Origin: Tubulanus polymorphus
Lineage: Eukaryota; Animalia; Nemertea
Reading direction: 5' to 3'
Assembly (NCBI RefSeq): GCF_964204645.1
Contig: NC_134026.1
Location: forward strand, 17,208,150 to 17,272,149
Length of the DNA: 64,000 bases
Shown piece by piece: positions 36,643 through 48,009 of the stretch. Position 1 is the first letter of the stretch; every line of letters starts with the position of its first letter. The notes below the pieces were generated by a model that searched no databases, was not told the origin of the DNA, and saw only the letters and a program-made list of their open reading frames with translations. The translations under genes were made by a program, and so were the position numbers.

Positions 36643-37877
36643 CTAATACATAACACTATTTAATTGAGAATTTACAATATTTAATTGCGCGTCAGATATA
36701 ATATAAACGTGCATTCTAAAATTTTTGATTCCTTTATTCTTTGTCATGAATAATTGTATCCCATCTTTAGTGTTCTGTAATTTTTTTCCAGAACCATGTA
36801 ATGAATTATCCTCTGTTGTTCTAAAATCTAACCATAATGCATATTTATTACCGGTATAATAATCAATTTGATTAATATTACAATTTTCAAATGATGTTAC
36901 TTTTTCATTCATAAAATGTTTTCTAATTTCTGGCCATTGATCTATCATTCTCATTCCTTGACAAAATATTTTATTTGCTATACCTTCGATAGTTATTTCT
37001 ACTTTTGTTATTTCAGGATTATAATAATTATCGACCTGTATTGCGCCATTAGAATATGTTGCAATGGTAAAAAAATATGAATATACCTAATATTTAATAT
37101 TATATACTTAATAATTTCATCACTTGCATTAATAGTTACAGTTTTAAATTTATCAATATAATCATATAATAATGAAAATCCTTGATTGTATTGAGTTTGA
37201 ATTATGCTTGAAATATTTTCATCAGTTACTATGTCATATTCTAAACATTTATTCGATAATTTATAACCCATGTCTTTAACAACGCTAGATAATACAATTT
37301 CATTAACAGGAGCAAATGTTATTTCGAATATAATATCTTCTTGAATTGCGTATTTATATAAAGGTGCATTATTATTTATCAATTCAAAATCTAATGGAAT
37401 TTTATGTTTGCTTCCATAAATCTTTTTGATCAAATTATCTGCGGTACGAGTTACTATTGCGTCATTAGCTCCTGATCTTAATTTATTTTGGTTTTCTGAT
37501 TGGATGCCTTGAAATATCATATTATTTCTATTTTCTTTAGTTAACCATAAATCTTTATAATGCATAAATAAATTATAATCATCTAATGAGAAAACTGTTT
37601 CTGGGCCAATCTTTATAGTTATTTTTTTAATCAAATATCTTCCAACATTATCAACAACATAATTATTATTATTACCAGTTACATTTATATCAGCTGATAA
37701 ATAAATACTATTTGGAACATAAAAAGTATTTTGTGTTAATCGAGGGATTCTACCATATAAAGTTTCATCAGGATTACTATTAGAAGGATTATGAGTAATT
37801 ATATGATGAGATCTTTCTGCTTTAATAGTATTAGATATTCTATGATTCTAAGAAGGATTTATATAACTCCCACACAT
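36643..37877 (-). pseudogene. Putative major capsid protein (double jelly-roll, hexon-like)
   Basis: THNPSNSNPDETLYGRIPRL..VVDNVGRYLIKKI..YKDLWLT..IPLDFEL..LEYDIV..KYALWLDFRTTEDNSLHGSG..YIISDAQLNI; ~400-codon span; stops, frameshifts and foreign DNA at ~37010-37110; recognised from memory of the family. Confidence 0.7.
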
Positions 37878-37897
37878 TTATTTAACAAAAAAATTAA

Positions 37898-39353
37898 TTA
37901 TCTATTTTTTATCATATTCACTAACCCAAAAATAATAGCACTTACAACTGTAATAAAAAATAAAATAATATGTCCAGTAGCAAAGTTAAGAATATTCCCA
38001 GCAGATTTCAATATAAAACCAACAATTGATGCAATAACTCCGGGTAAAGCTGCAGCAGATTTTTTAGATAGTTCCCATAAATATTTTGCTAATTTTTTTA
38101 AACCATCCTTAACTTTATCTTTTATAGAATTATTATCATTTGGGGGTTTATCCGGTTTATTCGGACTTGGTGTAGATTTTAATGAATTTGATATTGCTAA
38201 ACCAATTGTTGTGAATACCATAGTTACAGCTGTTAGAATTGAAAGAATTGTTATACCTTATAACTTAAATAATAATTTTATTCTGTCTTTCAATGATATT
38301 TCAGAATTTGGTTTTATTATTAACTCTTTAACAAAACTTTTAATCTATTAATACAATAATCCTATGATTTTGATAATAATTTAATTTTTTCTTTCTGAAA
38401 TTCTACGTTATATTCTAAATCATCAATTTCTTTTTCTAAATATGCATTTCTTTTTTTAAATTCAATTTCTTCAATAACTTTAAATTCTCTATCTAATTTT
38501 AATTGTTCTAATTCTTTTCTGGTGTCAAATAATTTATTTTCTAAAGGTTTAATTTTATCATATCTAATATATTTTTCGCGGGCAATTTTATCGGCTTCAT
38601 TTCGTATACTTATTATTTCTCTAATTGTTTTTTTTCAGAAAATATACTTAAAGCTTCTATTTCTTGATCTGTTGCATCAAGTAATCCATTCGGTAAAAGT
38701 TTTTCAGTTTCAACTTCGTTTGATTTAAGTTTACTAGTTTTGGAAATTATATATTGTTCAGAAGTTGTTTCTGTTTCTAAATTATCATTGATTGTTTCAA
38801 ATAATTCATTAATTCTTTCTTTAAATACTCTTTTATTTTGATTTGTCTCTGTGTCGGTAACATTTTCTATTTCATTACTATTATTACTCATTCTTTTAAT
38901 TCTAGATGGTTCTAAATAACTCAAAGTTGATTCTGTTAATATTTTGTTTTGATTTTTATAAGTGATATTAATATAATAATCATCTTTCAAATGATAATAA
39001 TATTCACCATCTAATGATTTTAATTCTGTTACTAAAAGTCTGGCGCCTCTATCATTTATATTATACCCAGATCTTTCAAATATAGGTTTGAAATTATAAA
39101 TATATTCATTATATTCTAAATTTTGTTTTACTAAATCTGGATTTTCATTTTCAGGATTTATTCTCGATTTAGTTCTTCTATCAAATTCATCTGTTGATGG
39201 CCCTTTAGAACCACTATCTGCTAAATTAGAACTATATGCTGATCCATCATCATTATCAATATTAGTTTCAGCATCATTATAATCATCATCAATATGCCCA
39301 TCATTATTATTTCCAATTTCTCTCATTTCATAAGCTTCTCCACCTTCTGCCAT
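37898..39353 (-). pseudogene. Coiled-coil protein with C-terminal hydrophobic helices (frameshifted)
   Basis: MAEGGE.. acidic N-terminus; C-terminal AAALPGVIASIVGFILK..HIILFFITVVSAIIFG. Confidence 0.55.
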
Positions 39354-39375
39354 TTACATTATAAAAAAATTAAAA

Positions 39376-40700
39376 TTAAAAATATAATATTCCTCCTATT
39401 ACAATTCCCATACAATTTATAGCTAATTTAGCATTTTCATGGGATTTATTATCATTATCAGTTTTAAATATGTCATGTTGAATATTATCAGTTTTTATAT
39501 CACCGTGTGGGTGCCGTACGGCACCATTTTCTGTAGTATTGTAATCTTTTATTTTAGAATCATTATTTAATTTAATATTCTTAGTTTTAGTTTCTGTTGA
39601 TTGAATATGTTTTTTAATTTTTTCACTTTCCATTAATTTTGGAGCAGTAATAATCTTTTTATTTATATCATTCAATCCAAATGAATTATTTATTGTTGCA
39701 GTCTTAATTAAATTATTATAACCAATTATATTTCCCATCTTTAATACTTAATCATTAGAAATAATCAATAAATTGGGGCCAATACAATAATTTAATCTAA
39801 TATGTGATTTATCTAGATAATTTTGGTACCTAACTATGTTTTCTGGAATCGATCTATTTTTATCATTATGAATGGAATCTTCAAATAATACTTGAATTGT
39901 TTCTGTGTATCAAATTAAGTGTTATCATTTCCAACTATTGGTGATCTTGTTTCAACTTGCGCACCGAAAATACATATCAAATAAGTTCTAATTGATTGAT
40001 TTATTCTTTGTATACCTGATTTTGTAAAACCTTCACTATTTTCTAAAATAAAATTAATCCAACCATTATTATTATCAATTTTATAATCATGATAAGCTCC
40101 AATTCTATGCATATAATCAATTCTTTTTATTTCATACTTTTCACCAGTACCTTGCAATTTACCATGCGCTCTAAAATCGGAATTAATATTTATATTAAAT
40201 TCATTACATATTTTATAAAACTTAGATATATTAATATTATTGTCCAATTTTTTAAAATATTTAGATCCGGGTAAAGGACATTCTAATTCATTTAATATTA
40301 TTCTGATTTGAAAATATGTGTGAAATCTAAATATTGTGTGAATTAATTTTAAATCAGAATAATTCAAATTTTTATCCAAGTTATTTAAATGATCATTCCA
40401 ACTTATACCACAACCAGTTGTTGCACAATAAACAGCAAAATTTAATTGATTCTGCCAACATTTCATATTAGATTTTACTTTATATATATGATATTCATCT
40501 CGAGTAAAAGTAACTTCATATGTATTAAATATATTTTCCATTTTAGAAATACAAAACTGTGTTTCAGTAACATAAATTTCTAAATTAGTTAATGAATTTA
40601 AAACTAAACTCCTATATGTAATAATTTTATTAAAATCTATCGCAGGAATATTATATTTAATTGATTTATTTTATTGGAACGCTTTTGGAAACCCAATTTA
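39376..40700 (-). pseudogene. Hypothetical Polinton-like virus protein (split)
   Basis: WQNQLNFAVYCATTGCGIS..FRFHTYFQIR..GFTKSGIQRINQSIRTY..GAQVETRSPI; C-terminal hydrophobic tail. Confidence 0.55.
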
Positions 40701-40713
40701 TATAATTGAAAAA

Positions 40714-42195
40714 CTAATAATTTATTAATTCTTTAAATAATTTATCTTGTTCTTCAACTGTTATATTACCATTTAAACTTATTATATAATCTAGTGTATT
40801 TTTTAATTTATTAATTTCTTTTATATTAGTTTTAATTTTTTCTTTATTACTTTTTATATTTAATTTTGAACTTATACCAGTTAAAACACTTGATGATAAT
40901 CCTAGCACGCCAATTGATATAGCTAAAGGTGTTAATGGACTGAATATTGCTAGAAATGTTATTACAGAACTAATTGTAACTGAACCATTTATAATAAAAT
41001 AATATATAATTTTACTTTTTAAATATTTTTTCTTTTCTATCTTTAAGTCACTTTCAAATTCTAATATTTGTTTTTCTAAATATGTTTTTAATTTAGTTTT
41101 ATTTATATCATGAGGAATAATATCAATATTATCAACTTTATCATCAATTTATTTAGCAAAAAAAATTACTAATTAGTAAATTTATATGCTACAAATAGAA
41201 CAATAACTGTTCCGCCTAAAATCCATATTATTTCATATTTCTGTTGTTCATTACTTGGGGTATAATAATCTGATAATTTAGGTTTGTATAGATGTAATAT
41301 TTTCTTTATTGGTTACCGCGTTATATAAACTCATTGCATCACCAACTGATTGAAAATCTCTATGTGAAATCTTCTGATCATTTAATTGTTTATTGATGTA
41401 ATCCATATAGTTTTGTCTCTTTTCTCTATATTCTTCTGCAGCTTTATTGTATTTCTCTAATGCTAAGTTATGTCTTTTTTTGTTCTGATAATGATCCATT
41501 TTTATCAATATGCTTTAATAAATAACCACCACCATTAAATGCTAAAGCGTTAACAATTGCTGACCCTATTATAGTTATAATTGCAGAAGCCATTTATTTA
41601 GTAAAATAATTACGCATTTATATAGGAGGAATATATTTTTGTTTTTCTAAATAATCAATAGTTAAATTAGATAAAGAAACTGCTAAAGTTAATCTTAAAA
41701 TGTCATTTATATCAAATCTATCAACATTAACACTCCCATTTTAAATACTTCTTTTAATACCATTGAATAACCAACAGTTCCCACTGATAATAATGCTCCA
41801 TTATATAATCCAGTTATTATCCACTTATTATCACTCATTTATTTATCAAAAAAATTACTATCATCAAAATATTTATTTATCTTAGTTATAATTATTTCAA
41901 CATTTATAGTATTATTAGTTTCATTTTCATATATTTCAGTTATTATTCATTCAATATCATCAATGGTAAAATCTTCATCTAATTCATAAAATCTTCAGGA
42001 TTCTCTAATTAAATTAGTAATCTTTTCTACGTTTAAAGTTTCTTTATCTATTGTTTTTTCATACTCAAATGTTGTTTCATTAGAAAATGCAATATTTTTA
42101 ACATGCGTAATTACATCAGTACTGTTATATTTCATTTCTTTCTCATATTTAAAATCAAATCCAAAACATATGCTCGGCCCAACAGTTATATTCAT
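40714..42195 (-). other. Cluster of small degenerate Polinton-like ORFs, several with hydrophobic helices
   Basis: MASAIITIIGSAIVNALAFNGGGYLF..KRHNLALEKY; MSDNKWIITGLYNGALLSVGTVGY; ISIGVLGLSSSVLTGISSKL. Confidence 0.5.
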
Positions 42196-42211
42196 TTATA
42201 TAGTGAAAAAA

Positions 42212-42876
42212 TTATTCTCTACATCTTATAACTAATTCATATATCACAGGAAAATTATTTATATCAATTAAATATCCATTATGATTTCTAATTTCTAATC
42301 TAAAATTATTAAAATGAGGAATGCATGGTTTGAAATCACATTCTGTTAAATTATAATTTATTTGAGTTCCAAATTGTTTAACATTTTTTAGCGGTAAAAT
42401 ATTTAATATACTAGAACTACAAATTGTTTCTTTAGTTGCTTCGAAAGTTTTTGTAGGATCGATTAAATTGCAATAAATAGTGTGTAAAAGGTATTATATT
42501 TGAGATGCCTTCTGAATAAATTTATGTTGTTCATTAGATATCTTTATTCTTATTTTATTAGTACTATCAATTTTATTAAATTTAATTTCAAATAAAGAAG
42601 TGCCCCCGATTTTCAACCGAGCTCTTCTATTATTTTCCTGCGCTAATGATTCTAAATTATATAATCCTGGTTTTAAAAATAGATGAAACCATTTATCTTT
42701 ATTTCTCATATAAATCATAAACCCTCTATGTTCAAAAGTTTTATCCGATATATTATAAAAAGAATTACATAAACTTACATTTACTAATTTTAAATCTACA
42801 CAATTCTTAAATTCTCTATCTAATTGTACTAGTAAATTATGTGATTTATAATTAGTAAGTCTTTTAATTCCGCCAT
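42212..42876 (-). pseudogene. Putative minor capsid (penton-like) protein
   Basis: LKLVNVSLCNSFYNI, LKPGLYN, YCNLID, ILNILPL, FRLEIRNHNGYLIDINNFPVIYELVI; ~220 codons with frameshifts. Confidence 0.6.
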
Positions 42877-42893
42877 TTATTTTACATATTTTC

Positions 42894-43240
42894 TTATTCG
42901 AAATCTATTCCATGGTGCCCTTTTTCATTCTTACCGTTGTATATGAAATAGACATCATCTGAACATAATTCTTCTAAATCTTCACTTGATAATCTATGAA
43001 ATCTATCTGGTAAATATGTTCTGAATTTATATGTATTTCCCTTTAATCCTTCATATTCTAAGTGGATTTACTACCATATCTATTAGTAACTGTATCAATA
43101 TTTGTAATTAGATATTTCTTATGAATTGTTAATTCTGTTAACTTCTTAAATTTATAATCTACTGATTTGACATTTGAAGTATCTTTTATTCTATCCAAAA
43201 TGATTTGTTGTTCTCACTGTGTACTTGTTTACTCTCCATT
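42894..43240 (-). pseudogene. Small conserved Polinton-type protein (frameshifted)
   Basis: FKKLTELTIHKKYLIT..TNRYG..FRTYLPDRF; absent from the ORF track because of frameshifts. Confidence 0.45.
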
Positions 43241-43373
43241 TATAATACATATTTAAATCAAAATTTGATTAACACGCTAGAATTCTTTTCATAATCTCAT
43301 TCTCTTTTGTTTCTTCTCTTTTAAATCTTAAGTATTCATCTAAATTGCAACCATAAGCAACTGTGTGTATACT

Positions 43374-44732
43374 AGTTAGTTACCTAATCGTTGGTGGTAA
43401 GCTTTTTATAATCGGTTGGTGGTAAGCTTTTTATAATCGGTCAAAACCGCAAGGGTTTGGCGATGGGCTTGGACTCTATTTCCGGGTTGTTGATAATCTC
43501 GCGAGAATGGCGCTAAATATGAACTGCGAAAAATTCAAAATATCACGGAAATACCTTGTGTTTATATTGTTTAGGCGCTATTGCACTTTCGTACCCCCCT
43601 CCCAAAAATTTTTATTTCAGCATATTTATTATCAGGGAGGTCTAAGGATTCAGAATCAGTAACTTTTGGCCCAAAAAACTTAGTTTTTCTGGGTTACAAT
43701 CATGTTATTTTGGGCCCTAAATCGCGTGTAAATTCGCCGATTCGTGACGTCAACAACGCCATATTGGATGTCAGTCAAAGTTTCTAACCCTCCACTGAAA
43801 TGTCATGACATTAAAACTTTGCAAAAACCATGTTTTCAAACATAACCATCTCTTAAAATGACGCGTATGTTTGCATTATTTTCATACTTAGCTATAGTTA
43901 GTTACCTAATCGTTGGTGGTAAGCTTTTTATAATCGGATGGGCTTATACCAACGTTAGGGATGACAAGGACCAAAACACGGTTGAAAGAAGTAACACTTC
44001 AAAAATATACTTTCTATTCACTTCAGTCCATAATTAATGGCTTAATTCACAAACTAACACAGGTACCTTTCGAAATAATCCAATTTTATGTATGTTTCGA
44101 GTGATTAATCATCATCATTTGAGAAATTAATTAATTTCTCCACAAATTTCGCCATTGGCCGCCATTTCTCTGTATTGCACATGTGGCATGATAAGACAAG
44201 GGGACCTACTAGGATTTATATAAAACTTTCAAGACGAAACGACAATTTTTATTTTTGATGGTTTTCCAACTTATATTTCAAATCTTCGTGTTTTCCATAA
44301 TAAATAATAAAATAATAAATTCTGGTAAAAGAAAAATGTGAATAAGTCTTTAATTTTTTTGAATTTCGTCGTTTCGCTTCGTTAGTTTGTGCTGTTGTCC
44401 TGGCCTCAGTCCACAGGTGCCAGCACCTCCAGTAATTTTCAAAATGGCAGCTGTTGACTCGACGGAAATTTACTCTCACTTTACGGCCGATTTGCACATG
44501 GATTAAGATCGTCAGGTGAGGTGTTATAGGTATCAGACAAACAACGAATCTGTTGTGCGTCGATTACAACAAAAATTAGACGGATATCTTAAGAGACGAT
44601 GAAATGCCAGGCAAATTACTCGTCAGTCAAATCGGCTGACGAAGATTGCATACAAAAATGACCTTCCCATTCCTGACTGTGGTTTGTGAAAATATCCGAT
44701 CGTGAAACTAAACCACAGACAGGTTACTAACT
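43374..44732. mobile_element. Non-coding insertion with AGTTAGT(T/A)ACCT inverted ends and terminal hairpins
   Basis: Ends at 43374-43385 (repeated at ~43896) and 44721-44732; hairpins at ~43903-43960 and ~44672-44723. Confidence 0.4.
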
Positions 44733-44781
44733 TCTTCTTTGAATATACAATTGATGTAATCTTTGAAATGAATATTCTTTT

Positions 44782-45573
44782 CAAGTAACATGTCACTTGT
44801 TCCTTGTTCCTTATTCAGATTTTCTTCTTTACCGAATAAGTAACGAAAATTGAACCGGTAAAGAAGAAAATCTGAATAAGGAACAAGGAACAAGTGACAT
44901 GTTACTAGTTCCTTATTGGGCGGTGAATTCTGAATAAGTAACAAGAAAATCTGATTAAGGAACAAGTAACAAGTTACTTGTTCCTTGTTGGGAGATGAAT
45001 TTTGAATAAGTAACGAAAACTGAACCGGTAAAGACGAAAATCTGAATAAGTAATAAGTAACAAGTTACTTGTTCCTTATTGGGAGATGAATTCTCAATAA
45101 GTAACGAAAATTGAACCGGTAAAGTCGAAAATCTGAATAAGGAACAAGGAACAAGTAACATGTTACTTGTTCATTATTGGGAGATGAATTCTGAATAAGT
45201 AACAAGAAAATCTGAATAAGGAACAAGTAACATGTTACTTGTTCCTTATTGGGAGATGAATTCTGAATAAGTAACGAAAATTGAACCGGTAAAGACGAAA
45301 ATCTGAATAAGTAATAAGTAACAAGTTACTTGTTCCTTATTGGGAGATGAATTCTCAATAAGTAACGAAAATTGAACCGGTAAAGTCGAAAATCTGAATA
45401 AGGAACAAGTAACATGTTACTTGTTCCTTAATGGGAGATGAATTCTGAATAAGTAACAAGAAAATCTGAATAAGGAACAAGGAACAAGTAACATGTTACT
45501 TGTTCCTTATTGGGAGTTGAATTCTGAATAAGTAACGGAATAAGGAATAAGGAACAAGTAATGAACTTCACTG
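44782..45573 (-). repeat. Tandem palindrome array, probably the subterminal repeats of a one-ended hAT-like element
   Basis: Repeated AATAAGGAACAAGTAACA-TGTTACTTGTTCCTTATT palindromes (perfect copy 45215-45250); the minus strand begins CAGTGAAGTTCATTAC at 45573. Confidence 0.65.
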
Positions 45574-45894
45574 AGGTACTTAAATTTATTTTCTAAATGT
45601 GTTCTAGTTTTATTGTGTCTTGCTTTTTGGGATTTATCTATATTGATTTTACATGTTGGACAGTAGTACTTCTTATTTGCTTCCATTTTAATACTAAATT
45701 TTTTATTAAAATTGATTTTAGAAGTTATTCATTTATATGTTATTCATATATATGAATATTTTAAGAGTAATAGGGATAATAGGGGTTCAGGTTAAAGGTT
45801 GAAGGGGCGAGTGAGTAAAAAATGAAAAAATTTTTCATTTTTTATGAGCTCGACCCTTCGACCTTTGGCTTGAACCCCTATTATCCCTATTACT

Positions 45895-46950
45895 ACTGTA
45901 GATCCTTCTTGAAATTCTCGGTATATAGGACACCTACCAACGCTGAATCCTACCTTCATTACTTTTCGTTCACTTCTCCCGATATTAAACTTGGTTTAGC
46001 TCAAGGATTATTTCTTCGCGCTTTGAGAATTTGCGACCCCTCATTTCTACCTGATGAAATACAACATATTACCCAATCTCTCAAAAAACTTGCCTACCCT
46101 GATTTCATCTTGAAAAAAGCTCTCCTTAAAGCTTGCTATACCCATTTTGGAAATAATAACCTAAGAAATCCTACGTCAGCTATCCATAAACAGCCTATCA
46201 TTGTACCGTATGTACCTTTTCTCGAGAATTCTGAAGTTCCTCTTCGGTCACTAAATAAACAACTTATCTTCCAATATAATAATAAAATTAGCAACATATT
46301 GATTAATCACAAACCTAAATCCGAATCCCTCATCTGTGGAATTTATAAATACCTTGTAAAGTTTGTGACAAAGTATACATAGGAGAAACATGTCGGAACC
46401 TTAATCAACGTTTAAAAGAGCACAAATTAGATGTGAAAAACTTTAAACTGAAAGCAGAGTTGCTAATCATTTCAGACCTCACACAATTTTGATTTCGTTA
46501 ATGCCAAATTAATTTACCCTCGCAGCGATAAAACTAAAAGACATTTTGGAATCTGAATTAATAATTGAAAATTCGAACAACGTTGTAAATCTTAACAATG
46601 GTTTTTCGGCCCATAATAAACTAATATCAAAATTCCTCTGTAAACAGGTTAAACTCAACACTTGGTTGCGCCTCGATCCTTTTGTTATTTGTCACTCATA
46701 AATTTTAGTCTCTCAACTTGTATTCACAATTGTTTTGATTTAGTACCCCCTAGTTTGCCTCTTAACTACTGATTTTAATTATGATAATCACGATTGTTTC
46801 ATATTATTACCTCTTGGTTCGCTTCTCTTTAATCTTCTTTACCGTGTAACTGTATCTGCGTTAACTTTCCTTTAGTTTATATCAACTATGTCTCTTGAAT
46901 TAGTCTCTTTGTCTCTGGCATGTGTGTATATATATATACATCTCATAATT
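45895..46950 (+). mobile_element. Penelope-like element, 3' part (RT thumb + GIY-YIG)
   Basis: FSVYRTPTNAESYLHYFS, LRALRIC, LAYP, GIYK.PCKVCDKVYIGET..RLKEH; 3' boundary approximate. Confidence 0.88.
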
Positions 46951-47739
46951 TCTGTAGTATTCATTATTCTCAAAGTAACATTTTCAGACTTTTTCGTTAA
47001 CATTGTGGGATTCTCTCTTCATCACTTCAACACGGATATAGTGTTCAATCGTTATCACGATACCTGAGTGATCACGATAGTCTGGTTATGTCAGTAACCT
47101 TAAGCAAGGCCCTACACGCGTCATCTTCTAAGTATTTACTAATTTTACTGATTGATTGTCTTAGATAGTACCAACATAGTCCAGATGTGTCATGGATATA
47201 GTTCTCAATAGCCAGTTCTTTTACCAGGTTATTATGCTTTTCCAACACTTGAACTGCAGATTAATTCATACAGGTGAACTCAACAAAGGCCCATGGTTCT
47301 CCATATGGAACTTGACTTTCGTGAAACGGATCCCAAAAACACGATAACTAATTTCATATATGAGCATTCAAAATACTTTTACTTCCATTTGATACATTGT
47401 TAGAAAAACAGCTTCAAGGCATATTTATCTTGAACATGATTTGCCTTCTATGAAAAACAAATCATATTGTAACCATTAGGTCTATGAATGATAACAAAAA
47501 TCGATATTGGAATACAAGACACTTAACCTTACGGGAGGGAATGCGAATATGGATGAGTTTCTTTGTTAATATTCATAATTTAGTTCGATTTTATGAAATT
47601 ATCCATAAATGGTTGGTTAAAAAAGACTAGATATTCATCATAAGCACAATCAGTGACATGACAAAATCAGTCTACGAAATGAATAGATACTAAAAACAAA
47701 ACTAACAACACCAGCTACACATGTTAGCTAAACAAATCA

Positions 47740-48009
47740 CTAGTAATGTGCTCTTTCTTCCACTGCTTGTCGATATATAATACTGATGTAAATAGCCAGC
47801 ATGAACAATATAAAAAAATCATCAAGGAACCCAAATATTCCGAAGGCAGCTTCTGGGATGATATCGAAAGGTGTGACAAAGTACAGAAGTACAGCAACGA
47901 AGCATATAATAATTCGTACTCGAAACACCAACAAAAGTCCATTCCATGTGAAGAATTCTGTGAATGCGTGGCGTAGTAATGTAGGTAGGTCTCGTATATA
48001 ATCAATAAC
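47740..48009 (-). CDS. RNF170: E3 ubiquitin ligase RNF170, last coding exon
   Basis: DLPTLLRHAF..FRVRII..YFVTPFDIIPEAAFGIFGFLDDFFILFMLAIYISIIYR matches the RNF170 C-terminus; pyrimidine-rich acceptor ...TTCAG at 48010-48012; intact to the stop codon. Confidence 0.93.
   Translation of the reverse strand, partial: VIDYIRDLPTLLRHAFTEFFTWNGLLLVFRVRIIICFVAVLLYFVTPFDIIPEAAFGIFGFLDDFFILFMLAIYISIIYRQAVEERAHY

Larger units (their letters stand above)
43269..45686 (-). pseudogene. Remnants of protein-primed DNA polymerase B (three fragments separated by insertions)
   Basis: ATG at 45686 MEANKKYYCPTCK..HNKTRTH (Zn finger); EKNIHFKDYINCIFKEE at ~44733-44783; C-terminal IHTVAYG..* at 43269-43370. Confidence 0.6.
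31006..45894. mobile_element. Endogenous Polinton/Maverick-like virus (adintovirus-like), pPolB largely deleted
   Basis: AG...CT termini; TIRs 31006-~31238 and ~45682-45894; TSD ACTGTG/ACTGTA (31000-31005, 45895-45900); integrase, ATPase and capsid-like ORFs; very AT-rich, intronless, gene-dense. Confidence 0.92.

Noticed and set aside
44782-45573. CRISPR-like array of palindromic repeats
   Set aside because: The intervening sequences are themselves repeated rather than unique spacers; no cas genes; eukaryotic context
31006-45894. A natively polymerase-less Polinton lineage
   Set aside because: Ordered pPolB-like N- and C-terminal remnants at 45574-45686, 44733-44783 and 43269-43370 point to secondary deletion
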